Source of the DNA: Balanoglossus misakiensis
Taxonomy: Eukaryota > Animalia > Hemichordata
NCBI GenBank assembly: GCA_040954595.2
Contig: CM082594.2
Coordinates: forward strand, 5,007,319 to 5,071,318
DNA length: 64,000 bases
Direction of reading: 5' to 3'
A program made the translations under genes and the position numbers. Shown here one piece after another: positions 59,241 through 64,000 of this stretch (positions within the stretch are counted from its first letter, which is position 1; each line of letters opens with the position of its first letter). The notes beneath the pieces are model-generated. The model searched no databases and was not told the DNA's origin. It was given only the letters and a program-made list of their open reading frames with translations.

Positions 59241-62200
59241 CTGTGGAAAGAAAGAAGAGGTAGTCAGAATGAAATATGAAAAGAAATCTAGCGCTGATTA
59301 ACAGTTGGCTGGAAACTTAAGCTCTGGTCTGTACTGTACATGCCAGCATTAGTTTTTGCTTGAACAGCCATCATGCCACTGTTCTTTCCCCAGTATTCCC
59401 AATACAGTAAGTGGTTTTGAGTACGCAGGTTATTGTTAATTCTGCACTGTTTTTTTGTGTGTGTGTTTTTAAACCAGAGGGTAAAATGTATTTCCCCATT
59501 TTATTAGCTTTTCATGTTGATTCACACTTTCATGTTGACAAGGTTCATATCACATCAACCATCACCGAGATTCACATTACCAATTTCAAGGTCTCACTGT
59601 CTAGGGCCTCAGAAAATCCACTACCTCTCTAGACCCAACCCACCCTGTAACACAACCTAGTCAAATGCAATATAGCTTATGCGACCATAAAAAAAAAGCA
59701 AAACTAACCTTGATATACTGTCTAGACTATTTGGTGTGGAGGTCAGCTTGAATAACGTGCTTGGCGCCGACGTCGCCGGCGAGACCGCGGACGTGACTGA
59801 TTTGGAGACGTTCGGTGTTGCGTTCTGCTTGGGGATGACGCTGATGCTGGCTCCCACTGTGGCGGGACTCCTCGCTTTGAGCATGTTCACTGAGCTGGCT
59901 TGTTTCGTCGTGGTCATCGCTGAGGTGGTCGTCGTCAGTGTGGACAGTCCTGAAGTCGAGGTTGACGGGGGCGTCAACGATGCCGTCGTCGAGATCGGGT
60001 AATTCAACTGGAGAACTGTCGCGGCTGGCGCGAGGGAATGTCCTGGAGCAGTAACTGGAAAAAAGAAACAGAAAGAGGGAATGTTAGAAAAGAGATATTC
60101 AGTTGCTCCCATAAGAGCTGTGGTTACATGGACTAACATATTCACCGCATGAGGGCGCTCTCAAAAGACAAGGATTAGTATTAAAGGTATTTCAACTGCT
60201 TTTGCTTTGCCCATTGCATTGCTGTTCACATTAGTTCTGGCAAATATTGGAGGAATCAGACAATCATTACTGGACCCATACTTTATGCAGAACCTCTTAA
60301 CACCCATTAACACTTTTCTTGAGGATTTTGTCGACTACATTTAAGATAAACTTGCACCTCAGAAATTAAGTCCCACATATGTACATTTGCAACGAAAAGA
60401 TTCCAGGATACACCGCAGGCAAGTTTCCTTCTGGTAATGATGTGCGTTTTGCATATGGGGGTTTCATAGAAGTGATTTGACTCGACTGCCGACAATACTA
60501 CCATACTTACTTTTGGGAGTTGGTTCACGGAGGGTGCTATTGGCAACTTGCATTTGTGGCGTCCTCGCGCTCCCCCCAACAGAACTGGGTTGCACAAGAT
60601 TGGGACACTGGTCAGTGTTTATTAAGGCCGACACGGCAAAGTGCGCGCTCGCCGAGTCCAGAGTGAATTTGGACGTGGGCTGCGAGCAAAACGACGCCTC
60701 CAGGTTGACGGACGAGTCCAGCAGGGATTTCTCCTGCGTTAATTGTTCGAGCTGCTGCTTCTGCATTTGCGCCAACTGCTCCTGGTGATTCTGGAACTGT
60801 TCGGCGTTGAACGCCAGGTTGTCCTTGTCTGAGGAGGCAGTTGATGAGGACGAGGAGGACGACGTGACAGGCACAGTGAACGGTGTTGTGTGGGATTGAC
60901 TGGGTTTATCTGTTCTCGGTGTCCCGGGTCGAAAATGTAACCTGTCAATGTGAAAAAGTAAAATACACAATTATGTTATATGCACATACAAGGGTCTTAA
61001 CATGTTTTTTGCCTTCAGTAAAAGATTTCAAGAAAAACATCATCCTGCACGCATATATATACTTCATGAAAAATAAACGTTTACATTCATATGGTAAACA
61101 ATAACAGGAGTTAATTAATTACACAGGTGATTGAAAACTTATACAGATTGTTTCTTTTTCCAAAATCGAACTTCTTATACTTACCATTTTTTATCCTTGA
61201 TTTCTCGAAGAATTTCATTAAGAGGAAGACCATTTGGCAGTGGTGATGAATTGGAATGATCTACACTTTTATTGAGATAGTCGTCTAAGGGTGTGTAAAC
61301 TCTGTCTAGAATTATTCTAGAAAACAAGAGAAGAGTTATGAAGAATTATGAAGGACAACAGAAGAGAGCTTAACCGTTTCACCACCATGGTTCAGTCCAA
61401 ATCCATTGTTTTCTATGGGAAGGTTGGACCTCTATAGCGGTAACTGGGAGTGATAGGGTTAATCCAATACTCTAACTTCGGTACGTGATGAAAGTTTGAC
61501 TATTCAAATGAAAAGTCGTCTACTAGTTTAAAAAGTTACTAAGTGTTCCAGACAGAAAGATTTTTTAGGTTAGCACACAGTACCGGTACTGGTAGACTTC
61601 AAACAATGCATCATGCTAAAAATACAGCAAATAGTTCAGTGGCAAGTGCCCCAACTGTGAAATGGCATTCAAAACTTTCATAAAACTCACCTTCCTCCCC
61701 TACCGACTCTCCGTCTAGCATATCCTATACACCTACGAGGATTCCTGAGCGAGGTACATGTAAAACGAAACCTATGATCACCCCAGCCACCTTCTTCTCG
61801 GCTGCACCACGGCCAATTGCCGATTTGTTCGATGTGGGGCTACAAAAGAAGAAATAGAAACTTTCATCAGTGGTTCATAGTATCCCAGTGAAAACACATT
61901 TTTTGTACTTTGCAGAAGAGTATTGGGGGATAAAATCAAACACCTGCATATGTACTTACTGCATAGTAATTGCATCCTTTCTTTCTTCTGAAAGCAAACT
62001 GACCATCGGGATCATTTTCATCCTCTCGGTCTGAAGGAGATTGCACCTGTGTTGCAAGAAAAACAACAAAGAAGGGAAATCATCAAGTTCTGCTACTCTG
62101 ATCAACTAATTACTGTCTCGCTAATCACTTTTACCAATCTCACACATGACTTAACAAACTCACTGGTGGAAAAAAGCAAACTACTTACTGGTGAGAATAC

Positions 62201-63802
62201 ATCTTCATCTGTACTAAGGTCATGCAGATGTGAATCCATGTCATTGTAGGATGGCACAGTACTGCTGGTCTGTTGCCGGGGCTGCGTTTGCGTTTTGTGT
62301 TTCCTTTTCTCGTACTTTCTCTTCTTCCGAACAACCTCCTCCTTGAAAGAAAACAATGGGTTTGGAAATTGGAGAAGATGAATAAACGCGGTAAAAGTAA
62401 ATCTCCCCACACACTAATATTGGCAGCAGGAGAACCCTATGTAAAACCTTGCATATTTGTCATTTGATCACTGACTTCATATTTGTCATTAACATCAAGG
62501 GTGTCTTTCTGAACAGGACACAACAAGAATGTTTGGTCTCATATTTATTAAAATGAACTAAGGAACTTGGACGGCAGGTTTTCAGTTTTGAAGGAGTTCA
62601 GGCTTAACAACGGTCTCAACACACATCATTCAGGTTAGCAGAAACACCCGACTTTGGGCAAAAATATAGGTTTAGCAACTACATGGAGTGGTAGCAGGGA
62701 ATTCTACCTACCCCGACTCTATTAGCCCAAGATTCATGCCTCACCCCTGTTCCATACTGGTTACCATTGATCAATGGTAGTGAGTACGACGGTCTCTGAT
62801 TCCGAAGCGCTTCACACTCCGCCAGCAGCTGCCCGCTGTAATCTCCGGCAGAAAATCTAACAAAGTATCAAATGATATTAAAAATTAAATTTTAAAATAA
62901 AAATTGTTGATAAATTGTGATTTTTTTCAGACTTGCAATCATTACTTTTTACATGAGCACTGTTTATCATTCTCTTCCCGTTAGCAAAGTTTTGCAGACA
63001 ATTTTATTTCTCTCCACTATTATTGTGCTTGAAATAAATTTTGCACTACCACCATAAGAACGAACACCATCAGTGCGTCTTTCACATAATGTGAAGTTAA
63101 CACAAAATATAATTTCTAACTAGTTCATTTAAACATTGTCATCCACACTGATCATCGACTCAAACATCATCCACACCTTTTCTCAAAGACTTCCACCGTG
63201 AGGTGAAGACACTCCCGTTTACTCTTCTCTCTCCGCTTGACCATTTCCAGAAGGGTCACGGCTCGGTTGAGATCCCGTCTCAGCTTCAGCATCTTCTCGT
63301 ACGAAGCCTCGTCGTTCTTCCGGTTTTTCCGCGTCTGCATCTTCTCCGTCCGCCTCCGGAACGCCACGTAGGGATTGTTACTGGTGGAGCCATCCCGTTT
63401 CTCTTGTTTGACTTGGGGGATTAGCCCATGTCCCTGCAACAAAACAACAAATTTACAGATATTGTTCTTTTTAATACTCAGATAACTGAACAATTCAGAC
63501 AAAACGAATGGAAAAATTCCTACAGGATATTTAGTCCCCATCGCCAAATCTCATCTGATATGGACAATAATTCCCAAAGACAATACACTCATTTACAACA
63601 CACAGTAGTCAACTGGCAAACACAGTTACATTTACCAAAACACAACAGTTATTGCAAAACACAATACAATCATTTGCAAAACACATGTTGTTGGGTTTTT
63701 ACTTACAACTTTGAGCCTCTTGTTCAACCAGTAATCGTACACAGCTATTATGAGATCATCATCTTCTTTCAACAACAGTTTAGCTTCTGGCAATGTTACA
63801 AC
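59168..63802 (-). CDS. EPC1: Enhancer of polycomb homolog (EPC1/EPC2-like, NuA4/TIP60 subunit), 3' ten coding exons; 5' end right of window
   Basis: EPcA motifs VYDYWLNKR, NNPYVAFRRRTEKMQTRKNRKNDEASYEKMLKLRRDL; EPcB DPDGQFAFRRKKGCNYYAP, CIGYARRRVGRGGRIILDR; FNAEQFQNHQEQL; FTLDSASAHFAVSAL; C-terminal MEVT*. All exon phases are consistent. Confidence 0.95.
59709..60054 (-). CDS. EPC1: EPC exon (S/T-rich)
   Basis: TAPGHSLAPAATVLQL...TPNSLDSISR; phases 1 to 2 fit neighbours. Confidence 0.85.
60511..60941 (-). CDS. EPC1: EPC exon
   Basis: LHFRPGTP...FNAEQFQNHQEQLAQMQKQQLEQL...DSASAHFAVSAL. Confidence 0.9.
61185..61316 (-). CDS. EPC1: EPC exon
   Basis: IILDRVYTPLDD...LNEILREIKDKKW. Confidence 0.9.
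61370..61462 (+). mobile_element. ~90-bp TTAA-flanked MITE (piggyBac-like), family copy
   Basis: TTAACC.TTTCACCACCATGG...TCCAAATCCATTG...GTTGGACC...GGGTTAA. Confidence 0.75.
61691..61839 (-). CDS. EPC1: EPC exon
   Basis: PHIEQIGNWPW...RRCIGYARRRVGRGGR. Confidence 0.94.
61960..62046 (-). CDS. EPC1: EPC exon
   Basis: VQSPSDREDENDPDGQFAFRRKKGCNYYA. Confidence 0.93.
62189..62341 (-). CDS. EPC1: EPC exon
   Basis: EEVVRKKRKYEKRKHK...DLSTDEDVFSP. Confidence 0.9.
62745..62856 (-). CDS. EPC1: EPC exon (alternative donor at 62712)
   Basis: FSAGDYSGQLLAECEALRNQRPSYSLPLINGNQYGTG. Confidence 0.82.
63177..63433 (-). CDS. EPC1: EPC exon
   Basis: GHGLIPQVKQEKRDGST...LTVEVFEKR. Confidence 0.95.
63707..63802 (-). 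CDS. EPC1: EPC exon
   Basis: VVTLPEAKLLLKEDDDLIIAVYDYWLNKRLKV. Confidence 0.93.
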
Positions 63803-64000
63803 CTGAAAAAGTCAAATAGTATCCACATTGAGTTTTGGGGGGTGTATGTAACTGTACAGTGTTCTCCCCAGTGTACACCTCATATGTCAAACGCAAAGAG
63901 ACCATTCATGACCAAGAGGAATTTCCAATTCGGCTAACTTATCCCAAATCCTTCATTCAGACTCTGAGAACAACCCACCGCCTCTTAATTTCCCCACCAC

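Overview
AT-rich, intron-rich eukaryotic genomic DNA, most likely from a marine invertebrate deuterostome (inference from gene structure and repeat types). Three spliced genes lie head-to-tail on the minus strand. (1) The 3' ten coding exons of Enhancer of polycomb (EPC1/2-like), 63802-59168. (2) A complete class I myosin of the MYO1A/MYO1B type, with 26 coding exons, ~1090 aa, 41125-28101, and a probable non-coding first exon near 55.8 kb. (3) The first four exons of GPATCH8, 23848-4394, continuing past the left edge. Most ORFs in the supplied track are spurious; exons were reconstructed by hand from GT-AG boundaries and reading-frame continuity. Introns hold several MITE families, two long hairpin elements with tandem GA/TC mismatches, and a (TACAG)43 microsatellite. 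The most interesting signal is a set of candidate micro-exons and poison exons in the 11-kb GPATCH8 intron that splits the G-patch motif, which suggests splicing-based autoregulation. No tRNA, rRNA, CRISPR array or autonomous transposase was recognised.
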